Source of the DNA: Arachidicoccus sp.
GTDB lineage: Bacteria; Bacteroidota; Bacteroidia; Chitinophagales; Chitinophagaceae
Direction: 5' to 3'
DNA: 37,653 nucleotides
Assembly (NCBI GenBank): GCA_035497555.1
Contig: DATJDF010000259.1
Location: 1 to 37,653 of the forward strand
Every line of letters begins with the position of its first letter. The stretch's first letter is position 1. Under the pieces are notes generated by a model. It ran no database searches and was not told the DNA's origin. It worked only from the letters and a program-made list of their open reading frames with translations. Below, in pieces: positions 29,430 to 37,653 of the stretch. A program made the position numbers and the translations under genes.

Positions 29430-31370
29430 ATGAAAAATATAATTAAGCATACAATTAAATACACCGGTGGTCTACTGGCAGCTACGATATTTCTGGGCTC
29501 CTGCTCAAAATTTACAGAAATAAATACAGATCCAACAGCTGCTAGTGAAGACCAGGTTCAGGTCGCTTACCTGATCAATAATTCAATTATTGGGGCACAG
29601 ATGAATCCCGATGTGGCTGAGCGTTCCTTTGTTTTATACTGGGAGGCTGCCGGCAGGCAGGTATCAGATTATGATGGGGGTGCCATTAATGTCGCCAATT
29701 ACAATGATGGATGGACTTCGAACTATTTTAACGCTGCAGCTAGTTGGCTGACAAGGATCAATAAGGCGATTGAAGTGGCCCAAAAAAGAGTGGATACCAA
29801 GGAGAACCTTAAAGAGTATACCGCGAACCTTCTGGAAGTCGCCCGTATTTGGCGGGTTTATCTAATGAGTGAATTGACGGATAACTTTGGGCCTATACCA
29901 ATTGAAGGCTTTAAAGCAGCAAATCCGGAATACGCCGATGTCAAAGATGTTTACTATTTTATGTTAGCAGAATTAAAAGACGCAACTTCTAAACTGGACT
30001 TAACCATTGTAAATCCGGAAGGGCTTGATAAGCAAGATCCAGCATTTGGATATAATTATACCAAATGGAAAAAATACGGGAACTCCATGCGTTTGAGGCT
30101 GGCGATGCGGTTGTCTGAAGTCGATAAGGCTAAGGCCCAGGCAGAGTTCGAGGATGCTGCCAAATCGATGGATTTTCTGATAACGGATTTGAGTGATAAT
30201 TTCCAGGTGCAGGAAAAGGACGGCTGGGATGACCTGACGGGGGTGATGAGCCGGTCATGGGATACACAGCCATTATCGGTTACTTTGTGTAATCTGTATG
30301 TTGGGCTGGGTGGAGTGAAATCAGCAGACCAACTTGGTGCCGCATTTGATGCCTATATCAAACCTGCTAACTGGATGGGTGAAAGGTATTTGGATTATTT
30401 TGCGACTATGAATAATGACCCGCATGCTGGTTATTGGTTAAACGGGTTACCTTATACAATTGATCCACGTGCCTACAAAGCATATAGCATACCCGGAGAT
30501 ATTACCAATCCTAATTATCCTAAACAAAATGGGGATTATGATCTGATTTCCATTCGTGATCTCAAGAAGAAAGTAGCGGATACACTTCAGACCGTGAAGA
30601 AAATAGATGCTAAATACAGTTGGAATGCACGTATCGATGGTGCCTGGGGAGATAAAGACCAATTAAATCAATTGGTTAACTACGGTGGAACTTTGCCACG
30701 CATTAATATGCAATTCAGAAACAGTACCCAAAAGCGGATATTTTTTGCACCTTGGGAAACTTACTTCCTTTTGGCTGAAGCGAAGGTTCGTGGATGGAAT
30801 ACGCCGATTTCGGCTAAAGTCGCCTATGAGGATGGTATTAAGGCAAGTTTTGAATATTGGGGCATTAGTAGTTATTTAACCACCTATCTGAACTCAACAG
30901 GCTATAATCGCTGTGGTACATCTGTGAGCTGGGATAACACAACAGAGCCACCTACGTCTATTGCAATGCAATACAAAGATGGGCTTACCGGTGTGGCAGG
31001 AACAGTCAATATGAAATATCCTGTGAATGGTCTGTATAAAGGCGGCGCCGTGAAAAATGATCTTCTGACCAAGATTATTACGCAGAAGTTTATTGCACAG
31101 GTGCCCTGGTTACCGCTTGAATCATGGAGTGATCATCGCCGGTTAGGATTGCCGTTCTTTGAAAACCCTACTGTGGAAAAAGCTATTTCTACATTACCGG
31201 CACTGACTTCGTCCAATTATATGACATCCAATATCAAATTTTTACCACAGCGTCTCAGGTATCCTTCCGGGTTGAAAAATCAGAATCCGAAGGGTTACCA
31301 ACAGGCAACTGGCTTTTTAGGTGCTGGCGGCGATGAGATATTAACACCGCTATGGTGGGCGCAGCATTAG
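29430..31370 (+). CDS. susD: Large SusD/RagB family lipoprotein
   Basis: ATG 29430, lipobox LGSC, ELTDNFGPIP, WKKYGNSMRLRLAMRLS, IITQKF, DHRRLG, PLWWA. Confidence 0.93.
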   Translation: MKNIIKHTIKYTGGLLAATIFLGSCSKFTEINTDPTAASEDQVQVAYLINNSIIGAQMNPDVAERSFVLYWEAAGRQVSDYDGGAINVANYNDGWTSNYFNAAASWLTRINKAIEVAQKRVDTKENLKEYTANLLEVARIWRVYLMSELTDNFGPIPIEGFKAANPEYADVKDVYYFMLAELKDATSKLDLTIVNPEGLDKQDPAFGYNYTKWKKYGNSMRLRLAMRLSEVDKAKAQAEFEDAAKSMDFLITDLSDNFQVQEKDGWDDLTGVMSRSWDTQPLSVTLCNLYVGLGGVKSADQLGAAFDAYIKPANWMGERYLDYFATMNNDPHAGYWLNGLPYTIDPRAYKAYSIPGDITNPNYPKQNGDYDLISIRDLKKKVADTLQTVKKIDAKYSWNARIDGAWGDKDQLNQLVNYGGTLPRINMQFRNSTQKRIFFAPWETYFLLAEAKVRGWNTPISAKVAYEDGIKASFEYWGISSYLTTYLNSTGYNRCGTSVSWDNTTEPPTSIAMQYKDGLTGVAGTVNMKYPVNGLYKGGAVKNDLLTKIITQKFIAQVPWLPLESWSDHRRLGLPFFENPTVEKAISTLPALTSSNYMTSNIKFLPQRLRYPSGLKNQNPKGYQQATGFLGAGGDEILTPLWWAQH

Positions 31371-31422
31371 ACAACTGCCAACATGAATATGAGAAGGATT
31401 TAAACGTGAGACAGGAATTACA

Positions 31423-31460
31423 AGAGGAGATGCAATCATTGCATCTCCTCTCTTGTCTTA
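31423..31460 (+). terminator. Terminator-like hairpin closing the ROK-susC-susD unit
   Basis: AGAGGAGATGCAAT-C-ATTGCATCTCCTCT perfect 14-bp inverted repeat followed by CTTGTCTTA (weak U-tract). Confidence 0.65.
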
Positions 31461-31976
31461 TCTATGTTGCAATGAAGCGTACTGGTAATATTTTGGACAA
31501 TATGATAGAACGCTCCATATTATTACCTTTCGTCCCGCCGTGGTTGGGATACATTATCAGTGCCATCAGCTATTATCTATATTACAGCCAGCAATAAACT
31601 GGACAGGGAAAGTTGGACGGTGATAGGAGTAGGAAATAAATGGTGGGGTGCGTTTCATAAACATATATTGTACTAAACCTATCGGTAACTCAGCGAAGAT
31701 TATTTAGTCCCTCAGTCTTTTTTCCAATGGATAAAATAACAGGTTATATGCTGGTGCAGAATAACAAAGATAGTATAGATTTTAAACCATATTCCTATTG
31801 GAAAGAAAGAGGCATAGCTAAGTAATCATTCGATGTGATCTCGTATGTCCACCCTTTGTTTTACAATTTCAATATGGACTGGTAGACAGAATGGAAGTTT
31901 TTTGATAGTCATATCATAAATCCATAGGTCAGTAGAGAAACAGGGAACTATTCTTTTGTCGATCCCGCGCTTACTT

Positions 31977-32540
31977 TTAAAGCTTCTGGGTGCTGGCTTC
32001 GGCCACGTACTGCCTGAATTCTGCCAAAAGCCCCTGGCCGTAATTTTTCAAAGAGTCCCAGGTATGGGGATACATGGTATCGGTGCCGGCACGGACCTGT
32101 TCTTTTACCTGATAGGTAACATCTGTGCGGTTATCCCGTTTTGATTTTCCTTTTGCTGCACTTTTGTCAAAGGTTAATTGATGTAGATTTAGCCTGATGA
32201 CCTGATCTTTAAAATCAAAAGAAATAAGTGCTGTATAATAGAGCGGCTGAGGTATCTGCTGGTCGTCAATCTTAAAATGAACTTCAGCATTTAGCTGGCC
32301 TTTCTCCGGGTCGTCTAACTGGTATTTCCGGGTCTGAAATGTCTGTTCAAGCCAGTTTTTAGCCAGACCATAATAATCTTCCTGTAGGAAGCTGGCGGCT
32401 GTGTCTAATTGCTGGAAGGCTATTTCACCACCTACGACCGGCAATTCGAAGGCGTTGCCACGGATAAACTGTGCCTTTGCAGGAAAAATAGAGAGCGTAC
32501 TGATCATTAATATACCGGAAAGAACAAAAAGGCACTTCAT
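31977..32540 (-). CDS. Exported hypothetical protein, DUF4468-like
   Basis: Signal peptide from ATG 32540 (MKCLFVL...AKAQ). Pattern LPVVGGEIAFQQ...Y..AKNWL...QLDDPEKGQL...ISFDFKD resembles DUF4468. Confidence 0.6.
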   Translation of the reverse strand: MKCLFVLSGILMISTLSIFPAKAQFIRGNAFELPVVGGEIAFQQLDTAASFLQEDYYGLAKNWLEQTFQTRKYQLDDPEKGQLNAEVHFKIDDQQIPQPLYYTALISFDFKDQVIRLNLHQLTFDKSAAKGKSKRDNRTDVTYQVKEQVRAGTDTMYPHTWDSLKNYGQGLLAEFRQYVAEASTQKL

Positions 32541-32594
32541 GAAAAATAAATTTCTATTTAAACGCAAAAGTGTCGGTTTTATTTTGCAAATAGG

Positions 32595-33098
32595 TTAGTA
32601 ACCCCGGTAGCCTCCATATCCACCGCCGTAACCGCCCCCGTAGCCACGGTTATTATTACGCCGCTGTTCGGATTGTTGGTTATATTGCTCCTGCCTTTGT
32701 TTTTCCTGTTCATCCTGCCGCTTTTTCTGTCTGGCTTCAAAACCCTCCAGCCTTTCCAGCTCAGAAACGGAGAGCAGGGCACCTAAATGCATGTATTTAT
32801 CATTTTCAAGCATTCCATATCTGACTTCCTTATCCTCTTTGGAAAGGCTTTTGTCATCAGATATTTTCATTTTCTTCAGCAGGAATTGAATCTCAAGTGC
32901 CGACACTGTATCTCTTTTCTCCTTCGGTATCTGTACAGAGTCACCCAGAATTTTACTGTAATGCGTTTTAAAAGCCATTAATTGTTCCGCCGTAGGCGTA
33001 TTGTCCTTGTTCTTCTTAGAACGTTTATGTCTTTGACCAAACGACAACAGACTAAAAGCAAAAATAAAAAGGGCTAACAGCGCAACGATCTTTTTCAT
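32595..33098 (-). CDS. Exported helical protein with Gly/Tyr-rich tail, possibly a distant Spy/LTXXQ-like protein
   Basis: Signal peptide, charged helical core, Q/E/R-rich coil, C-terminus GYGGGYGGGYGGYRGY. Confidence 0.6.
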   Translation of the reverse strand: MKKIVALLALFIFAFSLLSFGQRHKRSKKNKDNTPTAEQLMAFKTHYSKILGDSVQIPKEKRDTVSALEIQFLLKKMKISDDKSLSKEDKEVRYGMLENDKYMHLGALLSVSELERLEGFEARQKKRQDEQEKQRQEQYNQQSEQRRNNNRGYGGGYGGGYGGYRGY

Positions 33099-33140
33099 AT
33101 CGAGAGAATAAAATGGGAAATAAATTACCTAATAACTGTA

Positions 33141-33193
33141 AAAATAGAAAAAGCGATGCAAACCTCAAAATAGACTTAAAGTTGCACCGCTTT
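33141..33193 (-). terminator. Intrinsic terminator downstream of the 33292..33729 gene
   Basis: Minus strand AAAGCGGTGCAA...TTGCATCGCTTT (one G:U) followed by TTCTATTTT. Confidence 0.65.
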
Positions 33194-33291
33194 AACCGGA
33201 ATTTGAAAAGGAAGCATTTATCTCAATCCTATTGTTCGGACATGATTATGCCCAGCATTTTTACACTAAAATGAGGTTTGCAACTGATCTT

Positions 33292-33729
33292 TTATTGTTG
33301 ATCAGGAACCACTTGTGGCGTTTTCATTTTGCGTCCGCCACGGTCACCGCGCTGTGCACGTCTGTCTTTCATACTTTTTTCAATAATAGCTTTTTGTTCG
33401 GGCGTATAAATAGCCTGCCTTGCATCATTGTTTTTCTTAAACAGATCGCGGTATGCCTGTTTTTTCTGATCGTCAGACAGATTAGTATTATTTTTAATAT
33501 CGCCCCGATCTTTTCTGAAAGAATCACTTATTGCCTTCAGCTTGGTCTCTTGATCGGCCGTAAGGTTCAGTTTTTTGTTAAGTTCAGCTCTTTGACCCAT
33601 CATCCTGTCACCACCGCGACGATTTTGCATATGCTGTCTTGGCGTAGTCGCTGAGGTGTCAGTACTTTGTGCCTGGGAGGCTGCTGCGAATATAAACAGT
33701 GCGCAACCCATCATTAGTATTTTTTTCAT
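33292..33729 (-). CDS. Spy/CpxP-like (LTXXQ motif) periplasmic protein
   Basis: Signal peptide (ASQA), LNLTADQ, LSDDQKK, IYTPEQK motifs, basic low-complexity termini. Confidence 0.75.
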   Translation of the reverse strand: MKKILMMGCALFIFAAASQAQSTDTSATTPRQHMQNRRGGDRMMGQRAELNKKLNLTADQETKLKAISDSFRKDRGDIKNNTNLSDDQKKQAYRDLFKKNNDARQAIYTPEQKAIIEKSMKDRRAQRGDRGGRKMKTPQVVPDQQ

Positions 33730-33799
33730 CTTTTGAACGTTTAAAATTTTAAAATTTTTTATTTCGCAAAGGGAAATTCCTTTACGAATGTACCGTTAA

Positions 33800-33826
33800 T
33801 AGATGGCACAGGATGACAGGAGTTTA
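33800..33826 (-). promoter_or_regulatory. Putative ECF sigma-type promoter
   Basis: Minus strand TAAAC-N16-CATCTA about 70 nt upstream of ATG 33729, followed by a leader hairpin at 33763-33788. Confidence 0.4.
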
Positions 33827-33964
33827 GTGCCTATTACCGCTTTTCGGCCAAATAGGGCTTTTAACAAGTGAAGTTGGCTTAAAAAGCATTTAGGCGAGCT
33901 GGTTTGAATAGATAAATTGACCAGATGTCCCGATTTCAATACCGGATACGGTATGTTTAAACGC

Positions 33965-35104
33965 TTAAAGGCGCGTTTTCAACCGGGGAATCATCTGATT
34001 TTTCCAGGAAGTGAAGTCACCCTGGATAATATGGTTACGCGCTTCACCTACCAGCCATAAATAAAAGGCTAGGTTTTGCAAACTGGCAAGTTGCCCGGCT
34101 AGCAATTCTTTTGCGACAAATAAGTGCCGGAGGTAGGCTTTCGTATAATAATTGCTTGATTCACAGGGAAATCCCGGATCGATAGGCGTATAGTCAGTTG
34201 CCCATTTCTTATTTTTAATATTAATAACACCTGCAGTGGTAAAAAGCATGCCGTTGCGGCCATTGCGGGTGGGCATGACACAATCAAACATGTCGACACC
34301 CAGGGCAATGCCTTCCAGTATATTCCAGGGGGTGCCAACGCCCATCAGGTAACGGGGTTTTTCTACCGGCAGGTAATCACAGCAAAGCTCCGTAAATTCA
34401 TACATTTTCTCCTCTGGTTCTCCTACGGAGAGCCCGCCGATCGCATTGCCAGCTGCTTCTTTGGAAGCTACAAAAGAGGCGGAGGCGATCCTTAGATCCC
34501 GGAAAGTGCTCCCTTGAACGATGGGAAACAGATTTTGGCTGTAACCATATTTATCAGGCGTTTCAGCCAGGCGGCTAATACAACGGTCCAGCCAGCGGTG
34601 GGTCAGTTCCATGCTTTGTTTGGCATAAGTATATTCACACCCTGCAGGTGGGCATTCATCGAAGGCCATTATAATGTCCGCACCGATACTGCGCTGGATA
34701 TCCATCACCTTTTCCGGTGTGAAGAGATGGCGGCTCCCATCTATATGCGATTGAAATAGAACACCTTCTTCCTTAATTTTCCGGGTACCGGCAAGGGAAA
34801 ATACCTGATAGCCACCACTATCGGTTAAAATAGGATGGTGCCAACCATTAAACTGATGGAGCCCGCCAGTGCCTTCTAATATTTCGGTCCCGGGGCGCAG
34901 GTATAAATGATAGGTATTGCCTAATATAATCTGGGCCTTGACAATATGTTCCAACTGTTGCTGATTAACAGCTTTGACACTACCCGCCGTACCCACCGGC
35001 ATAAAGATCGGTGTCTGGATCTGACCATGGTCGGTCGTCATAACTCCTGCACGTGCTTTAGAGTGGATGTCTTTGCTTTGGAGACTAAATTGCAATTTTG
35101 CCAT
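33965..35104 (-). CDS. tgt: tRNA-guanine(34) transglycosylase
   Basis: TPIFMPVGT, LGNTYHLYLRPG, LTDSGGYQVFSL, IGGLSVGE, DMFDCVMPTRNGRNG; ATG 35104. Confidence 0.97.
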   Translation of the reverse strand: MAKLQFSLQSKDIHSKARAGVMTTDHGQIQTPIFMPVGTAGSVKAVNQQQLEHIVKAQIILGNTYHLYLRPGTEILEGTGGLHQFNGWHHPILTDSGGYQVFSLAGTRKIKEEGVLFQSHIDGSRHLFTPEKVMDIQRSIGADIIMAFDECPPAGCEYTYAKQSMELTHRWLDRCISRLAETPDKYGYSQNLFPIVQGSTFRDLRIASASFVASKEAAGNAIGGLSVGEPEEKMYEFTELCCDYLPVEKPRYLMGVGTPWNILEGIALGVDMFDCVMPTRNGRNGMLFTTAGVINIKNKKWATDYTPIDPGFPCESSNYYTKAYLRHLFVAKELLAGQLASLQNLAFYLWLVGEARNHIIQGDFTSWKNQMIPRLKTRL

Positions 35105-35263
35105 GGCGCGAAGATAATTTAAGCAATTGAAATTTGTTGCAATTGACCCCTCCAATGGAATAATCTATTTGAGAGGTACCGGTATTTAGGAAAGAATTGG
35201 GGGTAAATAATAATTAAGAAAAATAATGTATCTGTTTTTTTCAATTGTATTAATTTTAGGTAC

Positions 35264-36865
35264 ATGGAAAATATCACGCTGGTTATAATTTTATTATTTG
35301 TCATTACCTTTTTGGGGATTCTGAGCAAAAGGTTCAAATTTCCTTTCCCCATTGTATTGGTGGTCTTCGGTGTATTAATAAGCCTGGTGCCTGGTTTGCC
35401 CGGAATGAAAATCTCCCCGGAAGTCGTCTTTATTTTATTTTTACCCCCCTTACTCTATCATGCCGCCTGGAAGACCAGTTGGCACGACTTCCGAACGGCC
35501 ATCCGTCCAATCAGTCTGGCCGCTATTGGCCTGGTAATATTTACCACCTGCGCTGTAGCCTTTGTGGCCCATTGGCTGATTCCAGCCTTTAGCTGGCCAC
35601 TCGCTTTTTTACTTGGGGCAATTATATCGCCCCCCGATGCGGTTTCTGCGACAGCCGTCACCAAAGGTTTGGGTTTACACCCGGGTTTATTAACTATTTT
35701 GGAAGGGGAAAGCCTGATTAATGACGCCAGCGCGCTGATTGCTTATCGGTATGCCCTCGCCGCTGTATTGGCTGCCAATTTTATTTGGTGGCAGGTCGGA
35801 TTGAACTTTTTATATGTTGCCGCAGTAGGTATCGGTATTGGCTGGTTGATAGGGCTGGTAATGAAACTCATTCATAAGAAATTTGTATGTGACCCGGTTA
35901 TTGATGTCACCCTGACTTTTCTGACGCCCTATACCTCTTATTTATTGGCGGAACATTTTCATGCTTCAGGCGTTTTGGCGGTTGTCACCACGGGCCTGTA
36001 TCTTTCTTTTCGCTCCAGCGAAATCTTTTCTCACCAGAGCCGGATTATGACGGATTCAATTTGGGACGTTGTGATGTTCATCCTGAATGGATTGATTTTT
36101 ATCCTGATTGGACTGCAATTAAGAACCGTTTCGCAGGGGTTGGGTGATTACTCGATGTCCAGTCTGATGGTATATGGTTTGTCCATAAGCCTGTTGGTTA
36201 TCCTGATTCGTTTTATGTGGATACTTCCCTCACTTATCTGGCCTGACCGGATCGGCCGTAGCATATACGGGACCAAAGGTTATGAGCGCAAAAACCTGGT
36301 AATTTTTGGATGGTCAGGTATGCGTGGGATTGTTTCTATGGCGGCTGCCATGGCGCTTCCACTCAGCTTTACAGGCGGTGCGGAGTTTCCGCATCGCAAT
36401 CTGTTGATATTTCTGACATTCTGTGTTATTCTGACCACGCTTGTGTTATTAGGGGTAACCCTGCCCTGGCTGATCAGGTTTTTGAAATTGGAGCCTTACT
36501 CGGTTGTAGCCGAGGAATATGAGGTGAGGACAAAAATTGTAACCCATGCAATAGACGAGATTGAAGAAAAATTTTCATTATTGCCAGATGAACTATTGAG
36601 CAATATCAAAAGCAAATACGAAGTAAAATATAACCGGCTGCAAAAAACGGAGCTGCCTTCTAATTATTTCGGGAAAGGAAAAACATTATCCAGTGCGGTT
36701 TTTAATCAATATTCTAAATTACAACTTGATTTGCTGGATGTTGAAAGAGGCAGTATCCGGCAAATGCACCTGGCTGGCACGGCCAGCGAATCCATCTTGC
36801 GCAAGATGGAAAGGGAGCTTGATATTGAGGAAATGCGACTTCGCATGGAGATGTACAATGCCTGA
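35264..36865 (+). CDS. CPA1 family Na+/H+ antiporter
   Basis: LFLPPLLY, LGAIISPPDAVSA, LEGESLINDASAL, WSGMRGIVSMAAA; many TM helices plus a cytoplasmic tail. Confidence 0.93.
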   Translation: MENITLVIILLFVITFLGILSKRFKFPFPIVLVVFGVLISLVPGLPGMKISPEVVFILFLPPLLYHAAWKTSWHDFRTAIRPISLAAIGLVIFTTCAVAFVAHWLIPAFSWPLAFLLGAIISPPDAVSATAVTKGLGLHPGLLTILEGESLINDASALIAYRYALAAVLAANFIWWQVGLNFLYVAAVGIGIGWLIGLVMKLIHKKFVCDPVIDVTLTFLTPYTSYLLAEHFHASGVLAVVTTGLYLSFRSSEIFSHQSRIMTDSIWDVVMFILNGLIFILIGLQLRTVSQGLGDYSMSSLMVYGLSISLLVILIRFMWILPSLIWPDRIGRSIYGTKGYERKNLVIFGWSGMRGIVSMAAAMALPLSFTGGAEFPHRNLLIFLTFCVILTTLVLLGVTLPWLIRFLKLEPYSVVAEEYEVRTKIVTHAIDEIEEKFSLLPDELLSNIKSKYEVKYNRLQKTELPSNYFGKGKTLSSAVFNQYSKLQLDLLDVERGSIRQMHLAGTASESILRKMERELDIEEMRLRMEMYNA

Positions 36866-36883
36866 TTTAGCCGGATAGAGTGC

Positions 36884-36936
36884 TTTATAAAGATTAAAAT
36901 TATTGATACTCACAATTTTAAATCTATTTTATAAAA
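36884..36936. terminator. AT-rich imperfect inverted repeat between convergent genes
   Basis: TTTATAAAGATTAAAATT ... AATTTTAAATCTATTTTATAAA; weak stem. Confidence 0.3.
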
Positions 36937-36960
36937 AGACGAAGCATCTTAGGTTAGTAC

Positions 36961-37653
36961 TTACACTAATTCTTTAACCACATTATAAATTGTACTGGAT
37001 TTTCCGAGTGTATAATAATGGAGCACAGGGACCCCAAATTGCTTGAGCTCCCGACTTTGCTGAACCAGCCAATCAATGCCTACCTGTTCTGCTTCCTGGT
37101 CAGTCTTTGTCTTTAGCATGGCATCAGATAGTTCAGTGGGGATATGAACATGGAAAATGCTAGGCAGAATGGTCAATTGTTTTTTGTTCGTAAGGGCCTT
37201 GAGCCCTGGAATGATGGGTACATGAATGCCGGCCGCCCGGCAATCTTTTACAAATGAAAAGAATTTCTGGTTATCAAAGAACATCTGGGTCATGATATAC
37301 TGCGCCCCGGCATCGACTTTCGCTTTCAGCCATTTGAGATCACTCTCATAATTAGGGGCCTCAAAATGCTTTTCCGGATAGCCCGCGACTCCCATACAGA
37401 AATTGGTATTGACACCACCCTGGATATTCTCATCTAAATAAATACCGTGATTCAGGTTAGACACCTGCTTTAGTAAGTCAAGTGCGAATCTGTGTCCGCC
37501 TTTTTCTGCCTCAAATCTGGTTTCATTTTTTGCGGCGTCCCCTCTTAGGATAAGTGCATTATGCACACCCAAAAAGTTCAGATCGATCAGCGCATCTTCT
37601 GTGTCGGGCTTTGTAAATCCGCCGCAAATAATATGGGGTACAGCGTCAACGCC
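36961..37653 (-). CDS. metF: Methylenetetrahydrofolate reductase (5' end outside window)
   Basis: Frame is open to the window end (GVDAVPHIICGGF); LRGD, VAGYPEKH, KAKVDAGA, TQMFFD, LHYYT. Confidence 0.95.
   Translation of the reverse strand, partial: GVDAVPHIICGGFTKPDTEDALIDLNFLGVHNALILRGDAAKNETRFEAEKGGHRFALDLLKQVSNLNHGIYLDENIQGGVNTNFCMGVAGYPEKHFEAPNYESDLKWLKAKVDAGAQYIMTQMFFDNQKFFSFVKDCRAAGIHVPIIPGLKALTNKKQLTILPSIFHVHIPTELSDAMLKTKTDQEAEQVGIDWLVQQSRELKQFGVPVLHYYTLGKSSTIYNVVKELV

Noticed and set aside
31352-31597. 81-aa ORF after susD
   Set aside because: Overlaps the susD end and runs through the terminator hairpin; likely spurious.
33232-33654. 140-aa hydrophobic + strand ORF
   Set aside because: Antisense to the Lys/Gln-rich LTXXQ gene, which explains the apparent hydrophobicity.

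Overview
Chromosomal window from a Bacteroidota bacterium, probably Chitinophagaceae-like (inferred from SusC/SusD pairs, TAnnTTTG promoters and absence of Shine-Dalgarno sites). From left to right it holds two tandem SusC/SusD pairs (the first truncated by the window edge), ftsE, two convergent GT4-type glycosyltransferases (one WbbK-like), rlpA and gcvT. Next is a ~3.3 kb decayed accessory island (about 13.9-17.25 kb), a DUF3667 membrane protein and a hemA-C-D-E-F-B operon on the minus strand. A divergent ROK regulator-SusC-SusD locus with no hydrolase follows, then three small exported proteins (two Spy/LTXXQ-like), tgt, a CPA1 Na+/H+ antiporter and a partial metF. The island is the most unusual part. 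It contains a five-copy alternating-orientation 17-bp array, a short ORF ending in an SSB-like DLPF tail, a broken Schlafen/AlbA_2-HATPase-wHTH gene, a five-copy 12-bp direct-repeat array around an AT-rich core, and remnants of a PRTRC (prokaryotic ubiquitin-like E2/E1) cassette. I see no intact novel system, tRNA, rRNA or CRISPR array. All family calls come from recognising motifs by eye, not from database searches.
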